Positions 26,697 to 35,667 of a DNA stretch of 64,000 nucleotides are shown piece after piece. The DNA lies in NCBI GenBank assembly GCA_035544015.1, contig DATKIP010000093.1, positions 65,156 to 129,155 of the forward strand. Direction: 5' to 3'. Position 1 is the first letter of the stretch. Each line of letters opens with the position of its first letter. The notes under the pieces were generated by a model. The model was not told the origin of the DNA and searched no databases. It saw nothing but the letters and a program-made list of their open reading frames with translations. The DNA comes from Candidatus Saccharimonadia bacterium. Its GTDB lineage: Bacteria > Patescibacteriota > Saccharimonadia > UBA4664. A program made the translations under genes and the position numbers.

Positions 26697-27938
26697 ATGC
26701 AAACCAATTTTTTAGCCGCTATCAACCTCATCGCTGAGGAAAAAAATCTTCCCCGCGACATTATCATCGAGACCGTTCAGGCCGCGCTGGCCGCGGCGTA
26801 CAAGAAAGATTACAGCGACAAAGATCAAGAAGCCCGCGCCGAGCTCGACGAAGAGACCGGTGAGGTGCACATCTATGAATCCAAGGCTGTGGTACCAGAC
26901 GGCGAGGTCGACAACGAATTTCTCCAAATCGGTCTCTCGGACGCCAAAAAGATCGACAAAAAGGCCGAAGTGCGCGAAGCCGACGTCGAAGCCGGCATCG
27001 AGCCCTACATGGTCGAAATGGAAGCCCACCCCGAAGACTTCGGCCGCGTGGCCGCCCAAACCGCCAAGCAGGTGATCATTCAGCGCCTGCGCGAAGCCGA
27101 GCGTGAAATCGTCTTCACCGAGTACAAAGACAAAGAGGGCCTGGTGCTCAACGGCAACGTGCAGCGCGTCGAAGGCAGCGTGGCCTACGTCGATCTGGGC
27201 AAAGCCACCGGCGTATTGTTTGCCTCAGAGCAAATTCCCGGCGAGCGCTACTACACCGGCCAGCGCCTCAAGGTGTTTGTGGTGCGCGTAGAGCAAACCG
27301 CCCGCGGACCGCAGATCGTGCTCAGCCGCGCCCACGCCCACATGGTGAAGCATTTGTTCGAGCTCGAAGTGCCCGAGATCGAGGCGGGCAGTGTCGAAAT
27401 CGTCGGCATCGCCCGCGAGGCCGGCATCCGCTCCAAGGTCGCGGTGCAATCGCACGCCTCTGGCGTCGACGCCGTCGGCACCTTTGTGGGTGGCCGCGGC
27501 TCGCGCGTGCAGGCCGTCATGAGCGACCTCGGCGAAGAAAAAATCGACATCATCCCCTACGCCGAAGACCCCGAAACCTACATCGCCAATGCGCTGTCAC
27601 CCACCAAGGTCGTCAGCGTCAGCCTCAATGACGTCGAAAAGAAGGCCGTGGTGCGCGTGCCCGAAGACCAGCTCTCGCTGGCCATCGGCAAGCAGGGCCA
27701 AAACGTCCGCCTGGCCGCCAAGCTCACGGGCTGGAACATCGACATCATTTCGGCCGACGAATCACGCATCGAAGCCGCTGCCGCAGCCGCCGCGGCCGAA
27801 CCCGCGCCCAAGGGTGGTGACCTCGAGAGCTCGCTCATCGACGCCATCAACCAACAGGCCGAAATCGACCCCGCCCGCAGCGAAGAGGTCTCAGGCGGCC
27901 AAACCGACGTGCTCTCGGGCCGCGAGTCCAACGACTAG
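26697..27938 (+). CDS. nusA: transcription termination/antitermination factor NusA
   Basis: 413 aa. N-terminal NusA domain, S1, two KH domains (…LAIGKQGQNVRLAAKLTGWNIDI), acidic C-terminus. Confidence 0.9.
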   Translation: MQTNFLAAINLIAEEKNLPRDIIIETVQAALAAAYKKDYSDKDQEARAELDEETGEVHIYESKAVVPDGEVDNEFLQIGLSDAKKIDKKAEVREADVEAGIEPYMVEMEAHPEDFGRVAAQTAKQVIIQRLREAEREIVFTEYKDKEGLVLNGNVQRVEGSVAYVDLGKATGVLFASEQIPGERYYTGQRLKVFVVRVEQTARGPQIVLSRAHAHMVKHLFELEVPEIEAGSVEIVGIAREAGIRSKVAVQSHASGVDAVGTFVGGRGSRVQAVMSDLGEEKIDIIPYAEDPETYIANALSPTKVVSVSLNDVEKKAVVRVPEDQLSLAIGKQGQNVRLAAKLTGWNIDIISADESRIEAAAAAAAAEPAPKGGDLESSLIDAINQQAEIDPARSEEVSGGQTDVLSGRESND

Positions 27939-28046
27939 CCACCGCGACCGCCGGCTCGCCGGTTGCACCCAGGCACATAATCCGCTACGGTAACAATCGC
28001 CGAAGTTGGCATCCCTCCGTTCATCTCCAGCCCCCGAAGGAGCGCC

Positions 28047-28697
28047 GTGAGGCGGTTATTTGGCATCCTCGCGCTCATAGGCATAATCGTCTATGTTGTC
28101 CCGCACGCTAGCAACGGTGGTCCAGGCGCCACCCAAACCGGCCGGCGGGGGATCGTCACGTCCCAAGCCCGCATCGATTACTCCAAGGTGACAAGTCGAC
28201 TCACGGAGCTAAAGCTCGGTCCGCTAGTGACGAGCCAAAGCTCTGGCGCGCAGCGTCAGGTGGCCACCACCAAACTGCTTGCTAGTGGCCTCGTCACCGC
28301 GGTCAAGTACGATCAGCGCATTCGATGCTACCCGCTCGATGACCTCAGCCAGCGTGCCGCCAAGATGTATTGGGGGCTCGTGCAGTTCTTGCAGGTGATC
28401 GTAACCGCCGGTTTCGTCGTCGGGGTCAGCTGCGTCAATACGGGCCACGATCGTGACGGTGCACTCCATCCGTTATGGCGGGCTATGGACATAAACTACG
28501 TCAATGGTCGGCGGGTTAATACTCGTCTCGATCAAGTCTGGCGGTTTGCGCGCTGGGTGATGGGTCTCAATACGGCCGATCTACCCACCGAGGTCGGTAG
28601 CGACAGCGATTTCATTGACCACAGTCGTATGAAAAAGGCCGGCCGAGGCCCGTTTATTGTCGATCCAGCCCATTTTCACTTCGGGTATCGGCTATGA
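28047..28697 (+). CDS. membrane-anchored LAS/M15-like zinc peptidoglycan hydrolase (motif-based)
   Basis: N-terminal TM. HPLWRAMD fits the H-x6-D metal motif. C-terminal DPAHFHFGY resembles the M15 EPWH(F/Y) motif. Confidence 0.45.
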   Translation: MRRLFGILALIGIIVYVVPHASNGGPGATQTGRRGIVTSQARIDYSKVTSRLTELKLGPLVTSQSSGAQRQVATTKLLASGLVTAVKYDQRIRCYPLDDLSQRAAKMYWGLVQFLQVIVTAGFVVGVSCVNTGHDRDGALHPLWRAMDINYVNGRRVNTRLDQVWRFARWVMGLNTADLPTEVGSDSDFIDHSRMKKAGRGPFIVDPAHFHFGYRL

Positions 28698-28796
28698 CCT
28701 GCCCGTCAACTTCCGGCGGCCCGCCCGTGCCCGTGATCGGGTGCGGGCGGGCAATCCGGCCTGGGCGCCGCACCGGCATTACGTGCGCTATGTACA

Positions 28797-28864
28797 ATGT
28801 CTAAAGTTTAGACATTTGCCGTAGGTCCGAACTCAAATAACCGTAAAAAGTCTAAACTTTAGAC
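28797..28864 (+). promoter_or_regulatory. paired palindromic operator module upstream of the wHTH regulator and clpC
   Basis: ATGTCTAAAGTTTAGACAT (28797-28815, perfect 9+1+9 palindrome) and GTCTAAACTTTAGAC (28850-28864), centres 51 bp apart. GTCCGAAC lies between them (28825-28832). The second palindrome ends 13 nt before the regulator ATG. Confidence 0.5.
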
Positions 28865-28876
28865 CACATCACCTTC

Positions 28877-29206
28877 ATGAACACCCTCCAGCCACCAAAA
28901 ACCACCCGCCAAGTCCGCACCAAGTACACGCCGCTCAGTTACGAGCGCCTCGCCATCCTTCTCGCCGTCGCTGCGGGTCCCATCGATTGCGCCCGCATCG
29001 CCGAGCAAGTACTGGCCGATACTGTCGCCAATATCGTCCTCAAGAAAAGTACAGCCTATTATCTTATAAGTGAATTGACCACTACCGGTCACCTGCAAAA
29101 ACACGGTTCCTACACCCTCACCGCCAAAGGTCGCCAAACCTTGCAACGCGAGCTCGCGCGCCTCGAACAACAGCGCCGTCTCCTGCTCCAGCGCCTACCG
29201 CAATGA
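28877..29206 (+). CDS. small winged-helix transcriptional regulator (PadR/ArsR-like)
   Basis: 109 aa. LSYERLAILLAVAAGPIDCARIAEQV...STAYYLISELTTTGHL...YTLTAKGRQTL has a wHTH pattern. Occupies the CtsR-equivalent position upstream of clpC. Confidence 0.5.
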   Translation: MNTLQPPKTTRQVRTKYTPLSYERLAILLAVAAGPIDCARIAEQVLADTVANIVLKKSTAYYLISELTTTGHLQKHGSYTLTAKGRQTLQRELARLEQQRRLLLQRLPQ

Positions 29207-29209
29207 CGT

Positions 29210-29248
29210 TTAGCACTCGCTTGCATAGAGTGCCAACAATGCTATACT
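29210..29248 (+). promoter_or_regulatory. CIRCE-like inverted repeat (HrcA operator) with embedded promoter upstream of clpC
   Basis: TTAGCACTC-gcttgcata-GAGTGCCAA (29210-29236) matches 17/18 of the CIRCE consensus TTAGCACTC-N9-GAGTGCTAA. -35 TTGCAT lies inside the spacer, then 16 nt, then -10 TATACT (29243-29248). Confidence 0.5.
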
Positions 29249-29317
29249 ATCTGCATATCTCGCGTACTCTTGACTACCGGATGCCAGCGTGGGAGGGTAA
29301 CGGAAAGGACATCAATC

Positions 29318-31849
29318 ATGGCCGATTTTAGCTCACAGTTCGATCGGTTCACCGAGAACGCCAAACGCAGTCTCGAAAACGCCGAGGCCATCGCCACCCA
29401 AATGGGTTCCAGCTACGTCGGCACCGAGCACATTTTGCTCGGCGTGCTGCAGCAAGAGACCTCCATCGGGGCCAAAATTCTCAAAAATGTCGGCGTCACG
29501 TTCGAAAAAGCCCAGCTGGTACTGAGCTTCTCGCAGCAGTTAGCCGGCGGCGGCTACAAAGGCGCCTCCGAAACCGCTAAGCGTACGCTCACCTACAGCA
29601 TGCGCGTGGCGAAGGAATTCGGGCAGCCTTACTGCGGTACCGAGCACATTTTGTTCGCCATCCTGAGCGAAAAAAGTGCGCGCGCTATCAGCTTGCTCAA
29701 AAACGACCTCCAGATCGACCCCGCTATCATCCGCGGTGAGCTCGAAAACTACCTCGGCAACCAGCAATACTTCTATGCCGACGAAGAGCGCGGCGGCGCC
29801 CGTACCGCCAAGGGTGGGGGAGGCGGCAACGCCGGCAAATCCAAAACCCCCGCGCTCGATCACTTTGGCATCGATCTCACCGCCAAAGCCGGCGACAACA
29901 AGCTCGATCCCATGGTGGGCCGCGAAGCCCAGATTAGCCGCGTCATTTCTATCCTCGGCCGCCGCAGCAAAAACAACCCCGTGCTCATCGGCGAGCCCGG
30001 CGTTGGCAAAACCGCCATCGCCGAGGGCCTGGCTCAGCGCATCATTGCCGAGGAAGTCCCCGAAATGCTTCTGCGCAAGCGCCTCGTCATGCTCGACCTG
30101 GCGTCGGTCATCGCCGGCACCAAGTACCGCGGCGAATTCGAAGAGCGCCTCAAAAAAATCCTCGACGAGGCCAAAGCCACTCCCGAGGTCATCCTCTTCA
30201 TCGACGAGCTCCACACCGTGGTGGGCGCCGGCGCGGCCGAAGGCGCCATCGACGCCGCCAACATCCTCAAGCCCGCGCTCAGCCGCGGCGAAATTCAGGT
30301 GATCGGCGCCACTACTCTCGACGAATACCGCAAGCACATCGAAAAAGACGCCGCCCTCGAGCGCCGCTTCCAGCCGGTGCAGGTCCCCGAAACCACGCCC
30401 GAAGAGACCGTCGACGTGCTGCGCGGTTTGCGGCCCCGTTACGAAGAGCACCACCGCGTCGAAATCAGCGACGAGGCCATCGAAGCCGCCGCCAAGCTCG
30501 CTAAGCGCTACGTGGCCGACCGTTTTCTGCCCGACAAGGCCATCGACCTCATCGACGAGGCCGCCAGCCTCGCCCGCATCAAGCGCGGCGGCTCCAGCAA
30601 GGCTTTGCGCAACCTCCAAAAACAAGTAAGCGAAATCCGTGACGACATCGAAAACGCCGTCTTCGACCAAGACTTCGAGCTGGCCGCTCGCCTCAAGACC
30701 CGCGAATCGGTCATCCAAAACCGCCTCAGTCAGCTCAAACTCAAAGAAGGCGCCGCCGATGCCGCCGTGCGTATCACCGCCGAAGACATCGCCCAGGTCG
30801 TCTCGCTCATGACCGGCATCCCCGTCACGCGCCTCATCAAGACCGAAGTCGACAGCCTCCTCAAGCTCGAAGACTCGCTCAAGCGCCGAGTCATCGGCCA
30901 AACAGAAGCCATCGAAGCCATCTCCCGCAGCATCCGCCGCTCGCGCACCGGCGTGTCCGACGCCCGCCGTCCCATCGGCAGCTTCATTTTCCTCGGCCCC
31001 ACCGGCGTCGGCAAAACCGAGCTCGCGCGTATGCTGTCCGAGGAATTGTTCCACGACCGCGATGCCATGATCAAGATCGACATGTCGGAATTCATGGAGC
31101 GGCACAACGTTTCGCGCCTCGTCGGCGCCCCCGCCGGCTATGTCGGCTACGACGAAGGTGGTCAGCTCACGGAGCAGGTCCGGCGCAAGCCCTACAGCCT
31201 CATCCTTTTCGATGAGCTCGAGAAGGCCCACCCCGATGTGTTCAACATGCTGCTGCAAATCCTCGAAGATGGCTATGTCACCGACGCCAAAGGCCGCCGC
31301 GTCGACTTCCGCAACACGGTCATCATCATGACCTCCAACGTCGGCGCCTCCGACATGAACCGCGAAGTCGAGCTCGGTTTCCGCACCGAAACTCCGAATG
31401 AGGAAAAAGCCCTCGAGGCCACTCACCTCAAGGTCAAAACTAAGGTGCTCGAAGACCTGCGCAAGCAATTCCGCCCCGAATTCCTCAACCGCATTGACGG
31501 CACACTGGTCTTCAAGACGCTCAGCCAAAACGACATCAAAAAGATTCTTGTGCTTCAGCTGACCGACTTGAGCAAACGCCTCGATGAACAAGATCTCAAG
31601 CTCAAAGTGACGTCCTCGGCCAAAGGACTCCTCGTGGAGCGTGGCTACGACACCAAACAGGGCGCCCGCCCGATGCGCCGTGCCATCCAGGATCTCCTGG
31701 AAGACCCGCTCGCCACGGGGCTGCTCGACGGCCGCTTCGAAGCCGGTGATACCATCACCGCCACCCGCCGCGGCGACCAAATCCACCTCACTTCCGAGCG
31801 GCCTGCCCCCTCGCCAACCACCACGGTCGACGAAGCGGGCCGCGCCTAA
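29318..31849 (+). CDS. clpC: ATP-dependent Clp protease ATP-binding subunit ClpC
   Basis: Clp_N repeats, two AAA+ modules ([15 protein letters not shown]; [11 protein letters not shown]), UVR-like coiled coil. Start at the ATG with GGAAAGG RBS (29318) rather than the track's 29270. Confidence 0.9.
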   Translation: MADFSSQFDRFTENAKRSLENAEAIATQMGSSYVGTEHILLGVLQQETSIGAKILKNVGVTFEKAQLVLSFSQQLAGGGYKGASETAKRTLTYSMRVAKEFGQPYCGTEHILFAILSEKSARAISLLKNDLQIDPAIIRGELENYLGNQQYFYADEERGGARTAKGGGGGNAGKSKTPALDHFGIDLTAKAGDNKLDPMVGREAQISRVISILGRRSKNNPVLIGEPGVGKTAIAEGLAQRIIAEEVPEMLLRKRLVMLDLASVIAGTKYRGEFEERLKKILDEAKATPEVILFIDELHTVVGAGAAEGAIDAANILKPALSRGEIQVIGATTLDEYRKHIEKDAALERRFQPVQVPETTPEETVDVLRGLRPRYEEHHRVEISDEAIEAAAKLAKRYVADRFLPDKAIDLIDEAASLARIKRGGSSKALRNLQKQVSEIRDDIENAVFDQDFELAARLKTRESVIQNRLSQLKLKEGAADAAVRITAEDIAQVVSLMTGIPVTRLIKTEVDSLLKLEDSLKRRVIGQTEAIEAISRSIRRSRTGVSDARRPIGSFIFLGPTGVGKTELARMLSEELFHDRDAMIKIDMSEFMERHNVSRLVGAPAGYVGYDEGGQLTEQVRRKPYSLILFDELEKAHPDVFNMLLQILEDGYVTDAKGRRVDFRNTVIIMTSNVGASDMNREVELGFRTETPNEEKALEATHLKVKTKVLEDLRKQFRPEFLNRIDGTLVFKTLSQNDIKKILVLQLTDLSKRLDEQDLKLKVTSSAKGLLVERGYDTKQGARPMRRAIQDLLEDPLATGLLDGRFEAGDTITATRRGDQIHLTSERPAPSPTTTVDEAGRA

Positions 31850-31894
31850 GGTAGCCTAGAGACCGCAACCGCACTATCAATAAATCCGTGGTGT

Positions 31895-31927
31895 GGTGGC
31901 CCTGATCGGATTGCGACCAGGGCCACC
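31895..31927. terminator. GC-rich hairpin between convergent clpC and the wHTH-repeat gene
   Basis: GGTGGCCCTG ... CAGGGCCACC 10-bp stem with a 13-nt loop. No clear U-tract. Confidence 0.3.
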
Positions 31928-31956
31928 ATGGCACTCTCCCGGGTGCGAGGTGGCGG

Positions 31957-33660
31957 TTACGCCACCGGACCAGTCGGGCCAGCCGAGCGGGGGTGCGCCG
32001 ACTGGAGCTCGGCGATTTGTTGATCGCGCTGAGCTATCAGTTCCAGCAGAAACTGTTTCTCCAGCTGCTGTCGAGTCCGATCGGGAGCCGGCATCGAAGT
32101 CGGCAAATCCCGGATCAGCCGACTCACGACCTCGGCCGCGAGCCGCGGAGCATGGGGTAGCTCCAGGGCCAGCCGTTGGCGTATCTGTTTGCCCAAGGGC
32201 AGGAGCCGGATATAAGACGTAGACCGTCTGCCTCCGCGCTCGATCATCTTGTGCTCGGCGAATGTTTTGAGCAGCGCCGACACGGCTGTACTCCCCACCG
32301 AACCGAAAAAGGGCCGAACCAAGGCCAGACTCGCCTTCCGAAGCATCTCTCCTGGTTGAGCCTCGATGTACAGAAGCAGTTGATACAGATGACCCCTGGT
32401 GCCATACGCGATCCCCGTCAGGGTCTCGGCTAGCTCGGCCGCCGCTGGCAGTCGTTCGTAGCGCTCCAAGTAGCTTCCGTAGTACTCTAGTGCCGCGAGA
32501 CCAGCAGGCGTAAGGACTATGAACAGAGGGGGAGTCTTCGGGATCGTGCTCTTCGTGATGGTAATGAGTTCGGCCGCCTGAAGGCTCGGCAGCAGCTGGC
32601 GAAGAACAGAATTCGGAAGACCGGTGATGGTCTCCAGCGGCTTGAGCTGCGGGCAGGACCATCGCTCCCCCCGCTGCCGAATAAACCGAAGAATCATCAG
32701 ACCCTCCGGAGCTCGGCTGAGGCCACCCATCGTTCCGTCCAGATCGGCTTCATCGAAGACGCCGACTACCGCAGGGGAGGTGGGAAGCACCATATCGGCT
32801 CTGGAGCCATACTGGTGCCACAGCTCCCGCCCAAGCGCGGTCCAGCTTAACGAATGGCCGTCTCCCACTCTCTGCCATGTCAGGTAACCGCCGGCCTCAC
32901 TGTCTTGAAGTAGTTTGCGGATCCACCATTCACTGATGTCGCCGCACCACTCCTGGAGAGTATCGAGCGAGAGGTCCGACACCTCCCCCTCCCTGTCGGC
33001 TAGATGACGCAGGAGGACGACGGTCAGGAGCGGGGAGAAGAGCGTCGCCACCGACGGGGAGAAATCCGCCTCGATCGTAGCCTGCCAAGCAGTCTGAAAT
33101 GCCATCACCTCCCGTTTCAGGTCGTCGGTCTCACCATCCAGGAACACTTCGAGCTCCTGGATGGCGCTCCAGCCGGCTGGAGTTAGCCGCGTGTAGGCCC
33201 GAGTCTCTTTTGAGACGCGGGGCCCCCGATCGATCAGTTGGTGGCTTTCGGCAAATCGCAGCGTGCGGACCTCCAGCCGGCTATACCTACCGCCAAGCAG
33301 TGGGCTCGGCTGGATATTCATGACCGGCCCGCAGAGACCCTCTGGCTGGAGCGCCAGCCAAGACAGCAGGAAGTAGAGCTTGCGTAGGCTGGGCCGGAGC
33401 AGGCGCCCGCTTTGGTTGAGGGCGGTAAGGGTACCGATCGGCTCCTGGGCCGCCGCTAGTTCGAAGACACCCCCCTTCGGCAGCGCTAGCTGGACTCCCT
33501 GATTCTGTAGGTAGCCGATGAGTGCGGCCGGAGTAGAAAGCTCCAGTCGCCGCATGAGCCGGTAGAGCTCGGGCTCGGATGGTGGTGCCCCCAGCTCAAG
33601 GAGGCCGGCTTCGAGCCGCCGTTGTCGCTCTACCGCCGTTAGGCCTATCCTGCGGTTCAT
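31957..33660 (-). CDS. hypothetical protein with about four tandem winged-helix-like modules and a C-terminal coiled coil
   Basis: Start at Met with GAGGTGG RBS. Recurrent helix-turn-helix-wing pattern ending in (Y/F)xxLTPAG/LLPLG (YTRLTPAGWSAIQELE, FIVLTPAGLAALEYYG, YIRLLPLGKQIRQRL). Codon usage (AGG, ATA, CTA) and GC are below the local norm. Confidence 0.55.
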   Translation of the reverse strand: MNRRIGLTAVERQRRLEAGLLELGAPPSEPELYRLMRRLELSTPAALIGYLQNQGVQLALPKGGVFELAAAQEPIGTLTALNQSGRLLRPSLRKLYFLLSWLALQPEGLCGPVMNIQPSPLLGGRYSRLEVRTLRFAESHQLIDRGPRVSKETRAYTRLTPAGWSAIQELEVFLDGETDDLKREVMAFQTAWQATIEADFSPSVATLFSPLLTVVLLRHLADREGEVSDLSLDTLQEWCGDISEWWIRKLLQDSEAGGYLTWQRVGDGHSLSWTALGRELWHQYGSRADMVLPTSPAVVGVFDEADLDGTMGGLSRAPEGLMILRFIRQRGERWSCPQLKPLETITGLPNSVLRQLLPSLQAAELITITKSTIPKTPPLFIVLTPAGLAALEYYGSYLERYERLPAAAELAETLTGIAYGTRGHLYQLLLYIEAQPGEMLRKASLALVRPFFGSVGSTAVSALLKTFAEHKMIERGGRRSTSYIRLLPLGKQIRQRLALELPHAPRLAAEVVSRLIRDLPTSMPAPDRTRQQLEKQFLLELIAQRDQQIAELQSAHPRSAGPTGPVA

Positions 33661-33781
33661 AGGGAATCCACCTCTCTCGGCCGGAGAAACTGCACTTGGG
33701 AAGGGCCATCCGTTGTCGCAATGAACTGCATTTCGACTCGGGATCATTCCATTATGCCGTCAAATGCGGCCACCGCAAACT

Positions 33782-35635
33782 CTAGCGGTATCCCGAGGCC
33801 TGTAGCTCAAAGAGCTCATGGTACCGCCCACCCAGCGCCACGAGCTGTTCGTGGCTCCCGCGCTCCGTAATGGTGCCGTTCTCAAGCACAATAATCATGT
33901 CGGCGTTGCGCACCGTGCTAAACCGATGCGAGATAATGATGGTTGATTTCTCGCGCTGGTTGGCCGCAATTTGCTCAAAGATCTCAAACTCGCCTTTGGC
34001 GTCAATCGCCGACGTCGGCTCATCGAGTATCAGAATGCTGGCATCGCGGTAAAACGCTCGCGCCAGCGCGATGCGCTGCCATTGCCCGCCCGACGGCTCA
34101 ATGCCGTTCTTGAAACTGCGATTGAGAATCTGGTCGTACGTATGCGGATACTCCTCGATAAAGCCGTTGGCGCCCGCCTCCTCAGCCGCTGCCCGCACTT
34201 CGGCCGAATTGGCCTTGGTGGCGGCCCGGCCGAGCGCGATATTGTCGCGCACGCTCAAGGAATCGTAGCGGTTAAAATCCTGAAACAGCGCCCCGATGCG
34301 TCGGTACCAGCTGGCTGCATTGATCGCGCGCAAATCCTGGCCATCCACCAGAATTCGTCCCGACGTCGGATCGTAGAGCCGCAAGAGCAGTTTAATAAGC
34401 GTAGTTTTGCCGGCGCCATTCGCCCCCACGATCGCCAGGCCCTCCCCGGGCTCGAGCACAAACGACACCTCCCGCAACACCTCATGCTCGCCCCCGGGGT
34501 AGCGAAAACTTACCTTCTCAAATTCAATCCGGGGCGGCGGCCCGGCCGGTTCGAGCACCACCGGCTCGGCCGCCTCGGGCAGTCGCGGCTGAAGCGCCAT
34601 CATCTCGAAGTAATCATTCACATACAAGCTACTCTCCTGCATCGTGTGCAGGTTGCGCACGAGACTCGAGCCAGCACTGGCGTAGTTGTCAATCACCTGG
34701 CGATAAAACACGAAGCTCCCCAGACCCGACCCGCGCGCCATCACGCGCAGGAGCAACCAGGCCTGCGACCCCACGCTCACCACAATGTCGAGCACGCCGG
34801 CAATGGCCCGCTGCTTTTGAGCGCGCCGCTCGATACCAATTTGAGCCAAATGCGCCGCTCGGTAGTGCTGCTCCCAGCGTTTGATGAGCGCGTTTTTGAG
34901 CCCGTACAATTTAATTTCCCGCAGGCTGATCACGTTCGACAGCAACCCCCGCAGGTACCACTGCAGCCGCCAGTCGTTGCCGCGCTCGTCCCAGCTGCGC
35001 CATTGCGCCATGCTCGTGCGCACCTCGATCACGAGCACCGGAATCAGCCCCAGCGTAATCGCCAGCGCAATCAACGGCTCGAACGCCACCAGCGCAATCG
35101 CCGTCGACACCAGCTGCACCACACTATTGCCCGCCATCAAAAAATTGCGGTTGAGTCGCCGCATCGATGACAAATTCTGACTAATCTTGTTGAGCTGGTT
35201 ATTGAAGGCCTGGTCTTCGTAATAGGTTTGATCGAGCGCGTGAACCTTTTCAAACAGACTCCGCTGCACAAACAAATCAAACTGCATACCGAAAACATCA
35301 TCGAGATAAAAACTCCAGTAGCTCGTTTGGTTAATCACAAATTGCAACAAACCAATCGCCACCATGAGCCACAAAAGGCCCACAATCGGTCCCGGATGCG
35401 CCACGCGCTCAGCGATGCCGCCGAGCACCAGCGCCACCAAAAAGGCGTTTAGGAGGGGCAAAAGACCCTGAACCACCGTTATTACTACCTGCAACACATA
35501 CAGTCGCGGCGACACCCGCCAGTTCATAGCTACTACCCGGCTCAGCGTGCGTGAAAAGCTGCCGACACCGCGCAGGCTGACCCTCAATTTGCTCATAATC
35601 ATAGCTCCTACACTAGCACAATTGCGTGTTCGCAT
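33782..35635 (-). CDS. ABC transporter, fused permease/ATP-binding (type-I exporter, MsbA-like)
   Basis: Six TM helices followed by Walker A GANGAGKTT, signature SGGQWQRIALAR, Walker B ILILDEPTSAID. N-terminal start uncertain (35602 or 35635). Confidence 0.8.
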   Translation of the reverse strand: MRTRNCASVGAMIMSKLRVSLRGVGSFSRTLSRVVAMNWRVSPRLYVLQVVITVVQGLLPLLNAFLVALVLGGIAERVAHPGPIVGLLWLMVAIGLLQFVINQTSYWSFYLDDVFGMQFDLFVQRSLFEKVHALDQTYYEDQAFNNQLNKISQNLSSMRRLNRNFLMAGNSVVQLVSTAIALVAFEPLIALAITLGLIPVLVIEVRTSMAQWRSWDERGNDWRLQWYLRGLLSNVISLREIKLYGLKNALIKRWEQHYRAAHLAQIGIERRAQKQRAIAGVLDIVVSVGSQAWLLLRVMARGSGLGSFVFYRQVIDNYASAGSSLVRNLHTMQESSLYVNDYFEMMALQPRLPEAAEPVVLEPAGPPPRIEFEKVSFRYPGGEHEVLREVSFVLEPGEGLAIVGANGAGKTTLIKLLLRLYDPTSGRILVDGQDLRAINAASWYRRIGALFQDFNRYDSLSVRDNIALGRAATKANSAEVRAAAEEAGANGFIEEYPHTYDQILNRSFKNGIEPSGGQWQRIALARAFYRDASILILDEPTSAIDAKGEFEIFEQIAANQREKSTIIISHRFSTVRNADMIIVLENGTITERGSHEQLVALGGRYHELFELQASGYR

Positions 35636-35667
35636 TTTGTTCGCAACCTGCTACAATAATATCAGAC

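Noticed and set aside
28825-28864. ECF-sigma-type promoter (GGAAC-like -35) reading of GTCCGAAC
   Set aside because: No appropriately spaced CGT-type -10 element in either copy (9-12 nt instead of 16-18). It is retained only as a conserved element of the module.
29540-31786. 748-aa minus-strand ORF inside clpC
   Set aside because: Antisense shadow. The clpC frame carries Walker A/B and Clp_N repeats.
31877-32662. 261-aa minus-strand ORF overlapping the wHTH-repeat gene in another frame
   Set aside because: Overlaps the better-supported 31957..33660 frame, which has an RBS and a repeated wHTH pattern. Ser/Arg/Gly-rich low complexity. The clpC-convergent hairpin lies inside it.
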